64,000 nt of DNA from an uncultured Gemmatimonadaceae bacterium. Its GTDB lineage: Bacteria > Gemmatimonadota > Gemmatimonadetes > Gemmatimonadales > Gemmatimonadaceae. Positions 34,072-44,176 of the stretch are shown in pieces (within the stretch, counting starts at the first letter, position 1; each line of letters starts with the position of its first letter). The stretch covers positions 1,600,001-1,664,000 of the forward strand of contig CAWJMB010000002.1 in the NCBI GenBank assembly GCA_963843845.1. Direction: 5' to 3'. The notes below the pieces were generated by a model. It was not told the origin of the DNA. It did no database searches and worked only from the letters and a program-made list of their open reading frames with translations. The translations under genes and the position numbers were made by a program.

Positions 34072-34774
34072 GTGAACCTCCCGAACGCGATCACTGTCGG
34101 ACGCATCGCCGTCGACGCCGCTCATCGCGGTGCTTCCGTTCGTGGGGCAACCCGGCGCGAGACTCGCGGCGTTCGTGCTGTTCCTCATCGCGGCGGTCAC
34201 CGACTACTGGGACGGGCACATCGCGCGCTCGCGCGGCCTGGTGACCGACCTCGGCCGGATGCTCGATCCGCTCGCCGACAAGCTGTTGCTGCTCGGCACG
34301 CTCGTGCCGATGTATTTCATGCAGCGCGGTGATCTGCTCGCGCAGCCCGCCGCGATCGCAGGCGGCGACGCGCGCGACTTCCGCTTCCTGACGCCCTTCG
34401 GCGTCGCCGGACTGCCGGTCTGGGTGCTCGTCGTCGTCCTCGGACGCGAGCTGTTCATGACCCTGTTCCGCCAGCTCGCGGCACGCCGCGGCACCGTGAT
34501 CGCCGCGATCGGGCCGGCAAAGTGGAAGACGGCCTTCCAGAGCATCTGGGTCGGCTCCGCGTACGCGTGGTTCTTCGCGGCGACCCTGGGCGAGCGTGAA
34601 GGGTGGCTGCGCGGCGCGCCGACGACGACGTGGATGGGCGCCTTCACCACGTTGAACGGCGTCGTCGGCTCGGTCGCGATGGTGGGCGCCGTCGTCCTCA
34701 CGCTCTACTCGCTCTACCTGTATCTGCGCCGCTACGCGGGCGTGCTGGCGAAAGCATCGCCCGAGCGTGCGTAG
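34072..34774 (+). CDS. pgsA: CDP-diacylglycerol--glycerol-3-phosphate 3-phosphatidyltransferase; frameshift near 34110
   Basis: MNLPNAITVGRI, TDYWDGHIAR...GRMLDPLADK, GRE, KWKT; adjacent to cinA. Confidence 0.88.
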
Positions 34775-34798
34775 CCCGCGACGGATCGGGGCACCGGC

Positions 34799-36067
34799 AT
34801 GAACATCGAGATCGTCACGATCGGCGACGAGCTGCTGTTGGGCTACACGATCGACACGAACGGCGCGCACCTCGCGCGCGAGCTGGCCGCGATCGGTGTC
34901 GAAGTCGTCCGACGCACCTCCGTACGCGACGACGCCGGCGAGATCGCGAGCGTGGTACGCGATGCGCTCGAGCGCACCGGCGCCGTCATCACCACTGGCG
35001 GACTCGGCCCCACGTCCGACGACATGACGAAGCCCAGCATCGCGGCGCTGTTCGGTCGCGAGCTGCGAGTCGACGAGGGGCTGCTCACACAGCTCGAGGC
35101 GCGGTGGCGCGCGCGGTTCGACCGACCGCTGCCGGCGTCCAACCTTCAGCAGGTCGCGATCCCCGACGGCGCGACGGTGCTGCCGAACGCGCACGGCTCC
35201 GCGCCGGGCATCTGGATCGAGGACGAGCGCGGCCGCTGGGTCGCGATGCTGCCCGGCGTCCCGCGCGAGATGCGCGGCATGCTCGCGGACGCGTTGATGC
35301 CGCGGCTCCGCGAGCGCCTGAGCGCCGCCGGCGGGGTGCCGAAGGTCGTGCGCTCGCGCACGCTGCGCACCACCGCGATCGCCGAGAGCGCGCTCGCCGA
35401 TCGGCTCGGCGACGTGGCGCCCGCCCTCGGAGGGCTCACGCTCGCCTTTCTCCCAGGGCAGGAGGGGGTCGACCTGCGGCTGACGGCCCGCGGCATGACG
35501 GCCGACGACGCGGACGCCGCGCTCGCCCACGGGCTGGCGCTCCTTCGCGATCGGATCGGGACCCACGTCTACGGCGAAGGCAGCGTCGACCTCGCGAGCG
35601 TCGTGCTCGACCGCTGCCGCGCGGCGAACCAGACGATCGCGACGGCGGAGAGCTGCACAGGTGGCCTGTTGGGCGCCCGCCTCACCGCGATCGCGGGTTC
35701 GAGCGACGTCGTCTTGGGCGGCGTCATCGCGTACGCCAACGAGGTCAAGATCGACCAGCTGGGGGTCGCGGAGCACGACCTCGCGACGGCCGGCGCCGTC
35801 AGCGAGCCAGTCGCTCGGCAGATGGCGCGCGGCGCGCGCGAGCGGTTCGGCGCGACCATCGCGATCGCGATCACCGGCGTCGCCGGGCCGGGCGGTGGGT
35901 CGCTGGAGAAGCCCGTTGGCACCGTATGGATCGCCGTCGACGCCGAGGGGCGTGAGCCGGTCGCGCACCGATCCGTCTTCATCGGCGACCGCTCCGAGAT
36001 CCGCTACCGTTCGGCGCAGTTCGCGCTCGAGCTCGTACGCCGTTTGCTCGAGACGGCGGTGACGTAG
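34799..36067 (+). CDS. cinA: competence/damage-inducible protein CinA (NMN deamidase domain)
   Basis: IGDELLLG..IDTN, TGGLGPTSDD, LPGVPREM, ATAESCTGG, GAVSE, ITGVAGPGGG, KPVGTV. Confidence 0.95.
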   Translation: MNIEIVTIGDELLLGYTIDTNGAHLARELAAIGVEVVRRTSVRDDAGEIASVVRDALERTGAVITTGGLGPTSDDMTKPSIAALFGRELRVDEGLLTQLEARWRARFDRPLPASNLQQVAIPDGATVLPNAHGSAPGIWIEDERGRWVAMLPGVPREMRGMLADALMPRLRERLSAAGGVPKVVRSRTLRTTAIAESALADRLGDVAPALGGLTLAFLPGQEGVDLRLTARGMTADDADAALAHGLALLRDRIGTHVYGEGSVDLASVVLDRCRAANQTIATAESCTGGLLGARLTAIAGSSDVVLGGVIAYANEVKIDQLGVAEHDLATAGAVSEPVARQMARGARERFGATIAIAITGVAGPGGGSLEKPVGTVWIAVDAEGREPVAHRSVFIGDRSEIRYRSAQFALELVRRLLETAVT

Positions 36068-36126
36068 GCGTCCGCTCGGCGACCCGCCGTGCGCGCGACC
36101 CCCGACCAGACCGTTAGCTTTTTCGT

Positions 36127-36735
36127 ATGACATCCCCGAACACGAACGAGAGCACCGAGCGTCCGCGCGCCACCGATACGACTGCCGACCCGACCGCGAA
36201 CTCGACGACCCAGGGGGACGGCTCGGAAACCGCCGCCCGGACCGGCGACGACGACGCGTCGGTCGCCGGCGGCGTCATCTCGGGCGACGATACCCAGCGG
36301 CAGCTCGCCGAGCAGCAGGACAGGTACCTGCGTCTCGCTGCGGAGTACGACAACCATCGACGTCGCTCGGTCAAGGAGCGGCAGGAAGCTGGCTCGCGCG
36401 CGCAGGCCGAGCTCGTGCGACACATCATCGACGCGATCGACGACCTCGGTCGGTTCGCGCACGTCGATCCTGCGTCGGCAGACGGTGTGACGATCGTGCA
36501 GGGCGTCGAGATGGTCGAGAAGAAGCTGCTCAAGTCGCTGAGCAGCGCCGGCCTCGAGATTCTCGACCCGGTCGGCGAGGCGTTCGACCCGGCCCGCCAC
36601 GAGGCTGTCGCGACCGAGCCCGCGGCGACGAAGGCCGACGATCATCACGTGGCGCGCGTCTATCAGCGCGGCTACGTGTTCGGCGGCCAGCTGCTGCGCC
36701 CCGCCCGCGTCGTCGTCAAGCAGTGCAACGGCTGA
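36127..36735 (+). CDS. grpE: nucleotide exchange factor GrpE
   Basis: [42 protein letters not shown]. Confidence 0.95.
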   Translation: MTSPNTNESTERPRATDTTADPTANSTTQGDGSETAARTGDDDASVAGGVISGDDTQRQLAEQQDRYLRLAAEYDNHRRRSVKERQEAGSRAQAELVRHIIDAIDDLGRFAHVDPASADGVTIVQGVEMVEKKLLKSLSSAGLEILDPVGEAFDPARHEAVATEPAATKADDHHVARVYQRGYVFGGQLLRPARVVVKQCNG

Positions 36736-36751
36736 CTCTCGACACGCGCAC

Positions 36752-37927
36752 ATGGCGACCGGGAAAGATTACTACGCCGTGCTGGGCGTCTCGCAAACGG
36801 CCACGCAAGACGAGATCAAGAAGAGCTATCGTCGGCTCGCGAAGCAGTACCATCCCGACGCGAACAACAACGATCCGAAAGCCGCCGAGCGCTTCAAGGA
36901 GATCTCGGAGGCGTACGGCGTCGTCGGCGACGCGGACAAGCGCAAGCAGTACGACGACATGCGTCGGCTCGGCGCGATGGGCGGGTTCGCGCAGGGGGGG
37001 TATCCGGGAGGGTTTTCGGGTGGCTTCAGCGGAGGGCGGCCGGGGGCGGGCCGCGCGGGCGGATCGCCGAACGCCGGTGCGCCGGGCGGAAACTTCGACT
37101 TCTCGCAGTTCGATGCCGGCGGCATTGGCGGCATCGGCGGAATCGGCGACATCTTCAGCAGCATCTTCGGCAGTACGCGCGGTGGCCCGTCGCGGAACGC
37201 CCCGGCCGAAGGCCAGACAGTCGAACTGACCGTCGCCGTACCGTTCCGCCGTGCCGCGTTAGGCGGCAAGGTCGACGTGGAGATCGACGTCATCGAGGAG
37301 TGTCAGACGTGCCACGGCAACGGCGCCGCGCCCGGTGCGACGCTGAAGAGCTGCCCGGAGTGCGGCGGGCGCGGTACGATCTCGTTCGGGCAGGGCGGCT
37401 TCGCGGTGCAGCGCCCATGTCCGATGTGCCTCGGACGCGGGCAGATTCCGAGCGAGCCATGCCCGACGTGCCGCGGCTCCGGCGAAGTCCGCACGCGCAA
37501 GACGGTGCGCATCACGGTGCCGGAAGGCACGGACACGGGATCGCGCGTGCGATTGAAAGGGCAGGGCGGACGTGGCGCGCACGGCGGCCCGCCGGGCGAT
37601 CTGCTGATCACGTTCAACGTCGAGCCCGACAAGTTCTACAAGCGCGACGGGCTCGATCTGATCGCGCCCATCCCGGTCAACATCGCGCAGGCGACGTTAG
37701 GCACCAGGGTGACGATCCGCACCCTCGACGGCACGAAGCTCCAGGTGCGGGTGCCGGCGGGGATCCAGCCAGGCAAGCGCATCCGCGTGCCCGGAAGGGG
37801 AATCGCGAAGGGCGACAAGCGGGGCGACCTCCTCGTCGCACCGGCGATCGCGGTCCCGCAGCAGCTCACCGAGGAGCAGGAGCGCCTGATGAAGGAGTTC
37901 GCAGCTGCTGCCGATCTGAAGTACTGA
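36752..37927 (+). CDS. dnaJ: molecular chaperone DnaJ
   Basis: J domain with HPD, G/F-rich linker, four CxxCxGxG repeats. Confidence 0.96.
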   Translation: MATGKDYYAVLGVSQTATQDEIKKSYRRLAKQYHPDANNNDPKAAERFKEISEAYGVVGDADKRKQYDDMRRLGAMGGFAQGGYPGGFSGGFSGGRPGAGRAGGSPNAGAPGGNFDFSQFDAGGIGGIGGIGDIFSSIFGSTRGGPSRNAPAEGQTVELTVAVPFRRAALGGKVDVEIDVIEECQTCHGNGAAPGATLKSCPECGGRGTISFGQGGFAVQRPCPMCLGRGQIPSEPCPTCRGSGEVRTRKTVRITVPEGTDTGSRVRLKGQGGRGAHGGPPGDLLITFNVEPDKFYKRDGLDLIAPIPVNIAQATLGTRVTIRTLDGTKLQVRVPAGIQPGKRIRVPGRGIAKGDKRGDLLVAPAIAVPQQLTEEQERLMKEFAAAADLKY

Positions 37928-37935
37928 GCGCGCGG

Positions 37936-39066
37936 TCAGGCGGCGAGCACCGGCAGCGTCGCGCGGGTGCCTACCGCCTGCTCGATGATCGCTCCGCCGA
38001 GCACGGCGTCGCCGTCGTAGAGGACGAGCGACTGCCCGGGCGTGATGGCGGCGACGGCCTCGTCGAGCGCGAGCTCGATCTCGTCGCCGTCGCGCCGGAT
38101 CAACTCGGCGCGGACGGCTCGTGCGCGATGGCGCACCTGCACCTCGAGCGCGCGACCGACAGCCGGCGGGTCGACGAGCCAGTTCACGCCGCGCGCGATC
38201 ACGCCGCGGCCCAACAGCTCGTCGCGCGGGCCGATCACGACCGCACGCTGCGAGGGTCGGATCGCGACCACGTACATCGGCTCGGCGAAGCCACCGGGCA
38301 GCCCGCGGCGCTGGCCGATCGTGAAGCGCGCGTGGCCGTCGTGCTCGCCCACGACGCGGCCATCGCTCAGCACGAGCGGCCCGCGCGCCAGCGACGGGGC
38401 TTCGGCGCCGAGCCGCGAGCGGATGATCTTCGTGTGGTCGCCGTCGGGAACGAAGCAGATGTCCTGACTCTCCACCTTCTCCGCGATCACTTCGAGGCCG
38501 AGCTGGTGCGCGACGGCGCGCGTCTCGGCCTTCGTCTGATGACCGACGGGGAGCAGCATCCGCCGGACGACGGCGCGATCGATCCCCCACAGGAAGTAAC
38601 TCTGGTCCTTCGCGCGATCGAGCCCGCGGTGCAGCGCGCCCTCGGCGACGCGCGCGTAGTGCCCCGTCGCGATCCACGGCGCGTCGATCTGCTCGGCGGT
38701 GCGAAGGAGGTCGCGGAACTTCGTGAACGTGTTGCAGCGCACGCACGGAATCGGCGTGCGGCCGCGCGCGTACTCCGCGACGAAGTCGTCGACGACGTCG
38801 CGACCGAAGCTGCTCTCGAGGTTCAGCACGTAGTGCGGCACGCCGAGCTGCACGCAGACGCGACGCGCGTCGTTGATCGAGTCGAGCGAACAGCACGGCC
38901 GATCAGGCACGTCCTCGCCGTAGCAGAACAGCTTCATCGTGACGCCGACGACGTCGTAGCCCTGCTCGACGAGCAGCGCCGCCGCGACGGACGAGTCGAC
39001 GCCGCCACTCATCGCGACGAGCACACGCTCGCTCCTCGCCGTCGTCCGGGTCGCCACGGTCGTCAC
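37936..39066 (-). CDS. mnmA: tRNA 2-thiouridine(34) synthase MnmA
   Basis: VAMSGGVDSS, TPIPCVRCN, ATGHYAR, KDQSYFL, ESQDICF, FTIGQRRG, ITPGQ. Confidence 0.96.
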   Translation of the reverse strand: MTTVATRTTARSERVLVAMSGGVDSSVAAALLVEQGYDVVGVTMKLFCYGEDVPDRPCCSLDSINDARRVCVQLGVPHYVLNLESSFGRDVVDDFVAEYARGRTPIPCVRCNTFTKFRDLLRTAEQIDAPWIATGHYARVAEGALHRGLDRAKDQSYFLWGIDRAVVRRMLLPVGHQTKAETRAVAHQLGLEVIAEKVESQDICFVPDGDHTKIIRSRLGAEAPSLARGPLVLSDGRVVGEHDGHARFTIGQRRGLPGGFAEPMYVVAIRPSQRAVVIGPRDELLGRGVIARGVNWLVDPPAVGRALEVQVRHRARAVRAELIRRDGDEIELALDEAVAAITPGQSLVLYDGDAVLGGAIIEQAVGTRATLPVLAA

Positions 39067-40232
39067 CAGCTCGGCGCCGCAGCCCGCGCCCGAGCCTTCT
39101 CGACGAGCGTCGGGAGCAGCGTCGCCACCCGCTCGAGCTGGTCGGCCGTCGTCAGGCAGCCGATGCTGAGCCGGATCGCCGACGCCGCGAGGTCGGGCGC
39201 GACGCCCATCGCGCTCAGTACGTGCGACGGCGCCTGATTGCCGCTCTGACACGCCGAGCCCCCGGAGGCGGCGATGCCGCGCAGGTCGAGCGCCATGAGC
39301 AGCGATTCGCCGTCCACCCCGGGAACCGAGACATTCACGACGTGCGGCGCGCGCGGAGCTCCGCGGCCGTGAATCACCGCGTCAGGAATGCGCGCGATGA
39401 TCTGCCCCTCGAGCTGCTCGCGCAGGGCGCCGAGCCGCGCACACTCCGCGTCACGCTCGGCGAGCGTCAGCTCGGCGGCGACGGCCATGCCGACGGCGGC
39501 GGCGACGTTCTCGGTTCCCGGACGGCGTCCCCGGTCCTGCGAGCCGCCGTGCATCAGCGGCTCGAGCGCGACCCCGCGGCGAATGAACATGGCGCCGATC
39601 CCTTTCGGCGCACCGATCTTGTGGCCCGAGAGTGTCAGCGTATCGACAGGCAACGTGCGCACGTCGATCGCGACCTTCCCGAACGCCTGCACGGCGTCGG
39701 TGTGGAACGACGCGCCGTGCGCCTTCACTTGCTCGACGAGCGCCGGGACCGGCTGCACGACGCCCGTCTCGTTGTTGACCCACATCACCGAACAGACCGC
39801 CACGTGCGCGTCCAGCGCCCGTGCGAACGCGGATGCGTCGACGATGCCGTCGCCCGTCACCGCGACGATGCGTGGGTCGGCGCCCTCCCGCGCGGCTTGC
39901 TGCACGGCTGCGAGCACCGCCTTGTGCTCGATCGGCGTCGTCACGATCGCATTCCGGCCGCTCGCGCGGGCGGCACGCCAGGCGCCCAGGACCGCGAAGT
40001 TGTCACCCTCCGTGCCGCCGGAGGTGAAGCACAGTTCGTCAGCGCGGGCGCCGAGGCAGGCCGCGAGGCGGTCACGTGCCTCGTCGAGGGCGGCGCGCGC
40101 GTCACGCCCCCAGCGGTGCGTGCTCGACGGGTTGCCGAACCGCGGGCCGTGGAACGGCTCCATCGCAGCGCGGACCTCCGCTCGCACGGGTGTCGTGGCG
40201 GCGTGATCGAGGTAGATCGGATCGACGGACAT
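39063..40232 (-). CDS. cysteine desulfurase (IscS/NifS family)
   Basis: YLDHAATTP, FGNPSS, FTSGGTE, NNETG, HTDAVQ, SGHKIGAPKG, SGGSAC; overlaps the mnmA start. Confidence 0.94.
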   Translation of the reverse strand: MSVDPIYLDHAATTPVRAEVRAAMEPFHGPRFGNPSSTHRWGRDARAALDEARDRLAACLGARADELCFTSGGTEGDNFAVLGAWRAARASGRNAIVTTPIEHKAVLAAVQQAAREGADPRIVAVTGDGIVDASAFARALDAHVAVCSVMWVNNETGVVQPVPALVEQVKAHGASFHTDAVQAFGKVAIDVRTLPVDTLTLSGHKIGAPKGIGAMFIRRGVALEPLMHGGSQDRGRRPGTENVAAAVGMAVAAELTLAERDAECARLGALREQLEGQIIARIPDAVIHGRGAPRAPHVVNVSVPGVDGESLLMALDLRGIAASGGSACQSGNQAPSHVLSAMGVAPDLAASAIRLSIGCLTTADQLERVATLLPTLVEKARARAAAPSW

Positions 40233-40270
40233 GTCCGAAATGTATCGCGAGCGGGTAAATCTCATCCAGC

Positions 40271-41356
40271 ATGTATTCCACCTGCCTGTTCTGTCAGCAT
40301 CCGCTCGGCCGCAACGAAGTCCTCGAGCACTTCCCCGTCGGGCGGCGCTTGGCGTACGACGCGGCGCGTGGCCGCCTCTGGGTCGTCTGCCGAAAGTGCG
40401 AGCGGTGGAACCTGACGCCGCTCGACAGCCGCTGGGAGGCGATCGAGGACGCAGAGCGGCTGTTTCGTGGGACTCGGCTGCGAGCGTCGACCGACCAGGT
40501 CGGGCTCGCGCGGTTGCGCGAGGGGCTCGAGCTCGTTCGGATCGGTGAACCGCTGCGCCCCGAGATGGCGGCGTGGCGCTACGGTGACCAGTTCGGGCGG
40601 AGGTGGAAGCGTCACGTCGCCCTGTCGGCGCTGGGGGCCGCAGCAGTGGGCGGCGTCGTCGTCGCCGGCCCCGTGATGGGCCTCGTCAGCCTCGGCGCCG
40701 CGTCGCCCATCCTGAACGTGCTGAACTTCGCGACCTTCTTTCAGGCGTCGAGGCGCACGACCGCGAAGGTGACCATTCCGGGTCACGAGGGCGAGCTTCA
40801 CGTCACGCGGCAGCATCTCGCGGGGCTGCTGCTCGTTCCCGACGCGTCGCACGGATTCCGCCTGCACGTGACCGGCGTGCGACGCAAATCGAGCTGGTGG
40901 AGCGGGCCGGGCGGAGGGGCTCAGCGCGCCGGTGCGCACGACGTGTACGGTACCGACGCACTGCGCGTCGCGGCGGCCATCCTGCCGAAGCTGAATGTGA
41001 ACGGTGCGAGCCGTCGGGTCGTGCAGGACGCGGTCGATCTCGTCGAGATGGGTCGCTCGCCGGAAGAGACGTTCGCGCTCGTCGCGCACGCGCAGCAGCG
41101 GCGCGTGCGATCGCGCAACCTGCAGCTCGGCGACGGGCGCACCCTCGGCGCGTTTCCCATGGCCGCGCGACTCGCGCTCGAGATGGCGTCGCACGAGGAC
41201 GCCGAGCGCCGCGCGCTCGAAGGGGAGCTCGCGGAGCTCGAGCGCGCGTGGCAGCACGCGGAGGAGATCGCCGCGATCGCCGACGACCTCGCGCTGCCCG
41301 GACGCGTGCGTGGGGCGTTCGAGCGATTGAAGGGCGCCGCGCCGACCGACCGTTAG
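40271..41356 (+). CDS. hypothetical protein with N-terminal CxxC...CxxC motif, TM hairpin and C-terminal coiled coil
   Basis: CLFC...CRKC, hydrophobic segment, 'LALEMASHEDAERRALEGELAELERAW..AEEIAAIADDL'. Confidence 0.8.
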   Translation: MYSTCLFCQHPLGRNEVLEHFPVGRRLAYDAARGRLWVVCRKCERWNLTPLDSRWEAIEDAERLFRGTRLRASTDQVGLARLREGLELVRIGEPLRPEMAAWRYGDQFGRRWKRHVALSALGAAAVGGVVVAGPVMGLVSLGAASPILNVLNFATFFQASRRTTAKVTIPGHEGELHVTRQHLAGLLLVPDASHGFRLHVTGVRRKSSWWSGPGGGAQRAGAHDVYGTDALRVAAAILPKLNVNGASRRVVQDAVDLVEMGRSPEETFALVAHAQQRRVRSRNLQLGDGRTLGAFPMAARLALEMASHEDAERRALEGELAELERAWQHAEEIAAIADDLALPGRVRGAFERLKGAAPTDR

Positions 41357-42003
41357 GCGCGGCGGAGGACCGCGCGCGCTGGCGCGGCGTCGAGGCCGAC
41401 GATCCGCAACGGGAGCGACAGCAGCTCGTACACACCCGGCTGCACGTCACGCAGATCCAGATTCTCGAGGTTGAACGCGCCGCCGCCGAACAGCGCGCGA
41501 TGCACCACGAGCGTCGTGCTCACGCGCCGGTCCACACTCGGCGCGTCGACCCCCAACAGTCGCAGCCCGCCGGCGACGAGCGACGCCGTGCAGTCGACGG
41601 TGAGGCACGGCCAGTCCTCAGGGAAGGTGCCGTCGGCGATCGAGCGCCCGGTGCGCAGCAGCACACGTTCGACGTCGCCGGGCCGCACGCCGAGCCGCGT
41701 CAGGCGCGCCGTGAGATCGTCCAACGACAGGTCGGACGCCGCATCCGACACGTCGACCACGACCGCCGGTCCGACGAACGCGTCGAGCACGAGCGCGTCG
41801 CTCGCCGGCCACCCATCGCGTACGTGGAGCGGCGCGTCCGCGTGGGTCCCCACGTGCGGGCTCATCGTGATCGTCGACAGGTTCACGCTCTCACCCGCCG
41901 CGAGCGTCATCGTCCAGCCGCACGAGTAGGGGGTGTCGCCCGGCCACTCGGGCGTCCCGGGCGCGAGCGGCAGCGTGACGTCGATGTACGTGGCGCCGCT
42001 CAC
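41353..42003 (-). CDS. kynB: arylformamidase / kynurenine formamidase (cyclase family)
   Basis: WPGDTP, HVGTHADAP, GVDAPSVD, LENLDL, DAAPARAVL; overlaps the TDO gene. Confidence 0.88.
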   Translation of the reverse strand: MSGATYIDVTLPLAPGTPEWPGDTPYSCGWTMTLAAGESVNLSTITMSPHVGTHADAPLHVRDGWPASDALVLDAFVGPAVVVDVSDAASDLSLDDLTARLTRLGVRPGDVERVLLRTGRSIADGTFPEDWPCLTVDCTASLVAGGLRLLGVDAPSVDRRVSTTLVVHRALFGGGAFNLENLDLRDVQPGVYELLSLPLRIVGLDAAPARAVLRRA

Positions 42004-42764
42004 CCGTGCGCCGCCGCGCCGTACAGCCGACTGCGAAGATCCCAGAGAACCGGGAAGAGGCGATGACTCATCGTCCGCGCGAGCGCCCGCGCGCCGAGCG
42101 ACCCGCCCGTTCCCCCCGTGCCCGGGCCGATGATCCGCTCGACGAGCTGCACGTGCTGGAAGCGCCACCGAGCGAAGGTCTGCTCGAACTCGAGCAATCC
42201 CTCGGCGAGCAGGAACAGCGTCGACGGACCGGGGCCGGTGTAGAGCGCCTCGGGCGTGACGTCGGCGTGCTCGAGCAGCCCGAGAAAGCCGTCCTGCAGC
42301 GTCGCCCGCTCGAGCATGCGCGCTACGATCTCGGGCAGCTCGCCGTGCGCGCTCAGCATCGCCACGTGTTCCGGGTCGCGCATCCCGGCCGCGACCTCGA
42401 TCGCACGAAACTGTGCGCTCTGCGCCCCGCTCGACGTGCCGAGGTAGCTGCGGAACTGCAGGAAGCGTTGCGGCGGCAGCGTATCGAGGGCCGAGAGCTG
42501 CGACGACACGATCCGCATCAGCCCGTTGAGCCGGCCGAGGTGCCAGAGCGCGCTCTCGGCCTGTCGCGCGTCGAAGGCGCTCGACAGCGCGTCGATCTCG
42601 TGCAGAATGACCTTGAACCACAGCTCGCTCGCCTGGTGCACGACGATGAACAGCAGCTCATCCGGATGCTCGGCGCCTCCGGTCGCGGAGCGCGGGCGCT
42701 GCAGCTCGAGCAGCTCTTCGAGCGCGAGGTACGAGCCGTACGTGACGCTCTCGGACGGAGGCAC
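42000..42764 (-). CDS. kynA: tryptophan 2,3-dioxygenase
   Basis: YGSYLALEELL, DELLFIVVHQASELWFK, SSGAQSAQFR, WRFQH..VERIIG, GTGGS. Confidence 0.9.
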   Translation of the reverse strand: MPPSESVTYGSYLALEELLELQRPRSATGGAEHPDELLFIVVHQASELWFKVILHEIDALSSAFDARQAESALWHLGRLNGLMRIVSSQLSALDTLPPQRFLQFRSYLGTSSGAQSAQFRAIEVAAGMRDPEHVAMLSAHGELPEIVARMLERATLQDGFLGLLEHADVTPEALYTGPGPSTLFLLAEGLLEFEQTFARWRFQHVQLVERIIGPGTGGTGGSLGARALARTMSHRLFPVLWDLRSRLYGAAAHG

Positions 42765-42806
42765 GGGGGACGCGTCGGGAGGGATGATGGATCGAAGGAA
42801 GGCGAA

Positions 42807-43532
42807 TCAGAACGACGCGACGTCCAGCACGACGACGTCGTCGACGCGCATCGTCTCGGCCGTGTAGAACGGCTCGCCGTAGCGGGTGCGGATGAGGGAG
42901 CCGTAGTGCGCCGCCTGATGCCGCACGATGTCGTAGAGCGGCTCACCGTTCGGAAAGACCTCGCCCGCCTGCAGCGCCTCGTCGAACTGCGAGCCGTAGC
43001 AGCGGATCGCTGCCATCTTCTGTTCGAACTCGTCGCTCACGTCCACGACGAACGTCGGCTTGCCGGCGTCCTCGCGGTACGTGATCGAGTGCAGCAGCTT
43101 GCGCGGGCGATGCGGCGGCAGCTCCGGGGTCACCTTCGCCAGCCCGGCAACGAAGCAGGCGTCGCGCACGAGCTCCGTCGTGACGCGGTGGTCGGGGTGT
43201 CGCCCGTTCGGTGCCGGCGCGATGACGACGCGGGGCCGCAGGCGGCGGATCACGGCGGCGAGCTGCGCGCGGGTCGTCGGCGTGTTCGTGATCCCGGCAT
43301 CCGGAAGCGCCAGGTTCTCGCGCACGTGCACGCCCAACACGGCGGCGGCGCGCTCCGACTCCTCCCGGCGCAGCGCCGCCGAACCGCGCGTCCCCATCTC
43401 GCCCTGTGTCAGGTCGATGATCCCGACCCGGTGGCCCTGCCGCACGCTCTTGATGAGCGTTCCGCCGCATGTGAGCTCGACGTCGTCGCGGTGCGCGGCG
43501 ATCGCGAGCAGCTCGACCGTTGGCTCGTGCAT
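42807..43532 (-). CDS. bshB1: PIG-L family deacetylase (bacillithiol biosynthesis BshB1-like)
   Basis: AAHRDDVELTCGGTL, DLTQGEMGTRG, RHPDH, ACFVAGL, YGEPF. Confidence 0.85.
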   Translation of the reverse strand: MHEPTVELLAIAAHRDDVELTCGGTLIKSVRQGHRVGIIDLTQGEMGTRGSAALRREESERAAAVLGVHVRENLALPDAGITNTPTTRAQLAAVIRRLRPRVVIAPAPNGRHPDHRVTTELVRDACFVAGLAKVTPELPPHRPRKLLHSITYREDAGKPTFVVDVSDEFEQKMAAIRCYGSQFDEALQAGEVFPNGEPLYDIVRHQAAHYGSLIRTRYGEPFYTAETMRVDDVVVLDVASF

Positions 43533-43570
43533 GCGCGGAATCTAGACCGCGCCGCGGCTCGGGGCGCGGA

Positions 43571-44014
43571 TCAGCGTCCGAGCGCGCCGCACTGCGCGAG
43601 GATCGCGTCGCGAGCGAGTGCGACGCGTTCGGACGGCGCGACGCGTTCCCACGCTGCGCGGCCTGCCGACGTGCCGACCCCGCCGCTCCGCAGCTCGCGC
43701 AGGGCGTAGGTCGCGCCGCCGACGATCAGTTGCGGGCCGCGCTGCGTCGGCGCGAGCGCGACCGTCAGCGCGTCGTACGATGCGGCGTCCGCCCCCGCGC
43801 GGCGCGTCGGGTCGCTGAGGCTCCGCGCCTCGAGTCGGTCCGCCGTGACGCGAACGTCGCTCAACCCATCGTTCGCGGCGACGTTCTGCGCGCAGCTCAG
43901 GAGCAGCGTCGCGTCGACAGGTCGACGCGACGAGGCGAACGCGAGACCGCCGCCGGCACAGGCGGTCGAGAGCAGCAGCGCAGCGGCGGAAATCGCGCGG
44001 GCCGAGCGTCGCAT
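43571..44014 (-). CDS. hypothetical lipoprotein
   Basis: MRRSARAISAAALLLSTAC lipobox-like signal; GGAG upstream. Confidence 0.6.
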   Translation of the reverse strand: MRRSARAISAAALLLSTACAGGGLAFASSRRPVDATLLLSCAQNVAANDGLSDVRVTADRLEARSLSDPTRRAGADAASYDALTVALAPTQRGPQLIVGGATYALRELRSGGVGTSAGRAAWERVAPSERVALARDAILAQCGALGR

Positions 44015-44176
44015 GTAGCACTCCGTACGACGTGAGGTGGGCACACCGGCCGCCGCGCGGGAAGGAGGCGCGGTCGGCCGAGGAACATGCGTTCCGGTGA
44101 CGCGCTCGCGCAAGGCGGCGTCACACCGATCGGACCCCGACCGAGCGCGCGGCGTCGGGAACGCCGCGCCCCAGCG

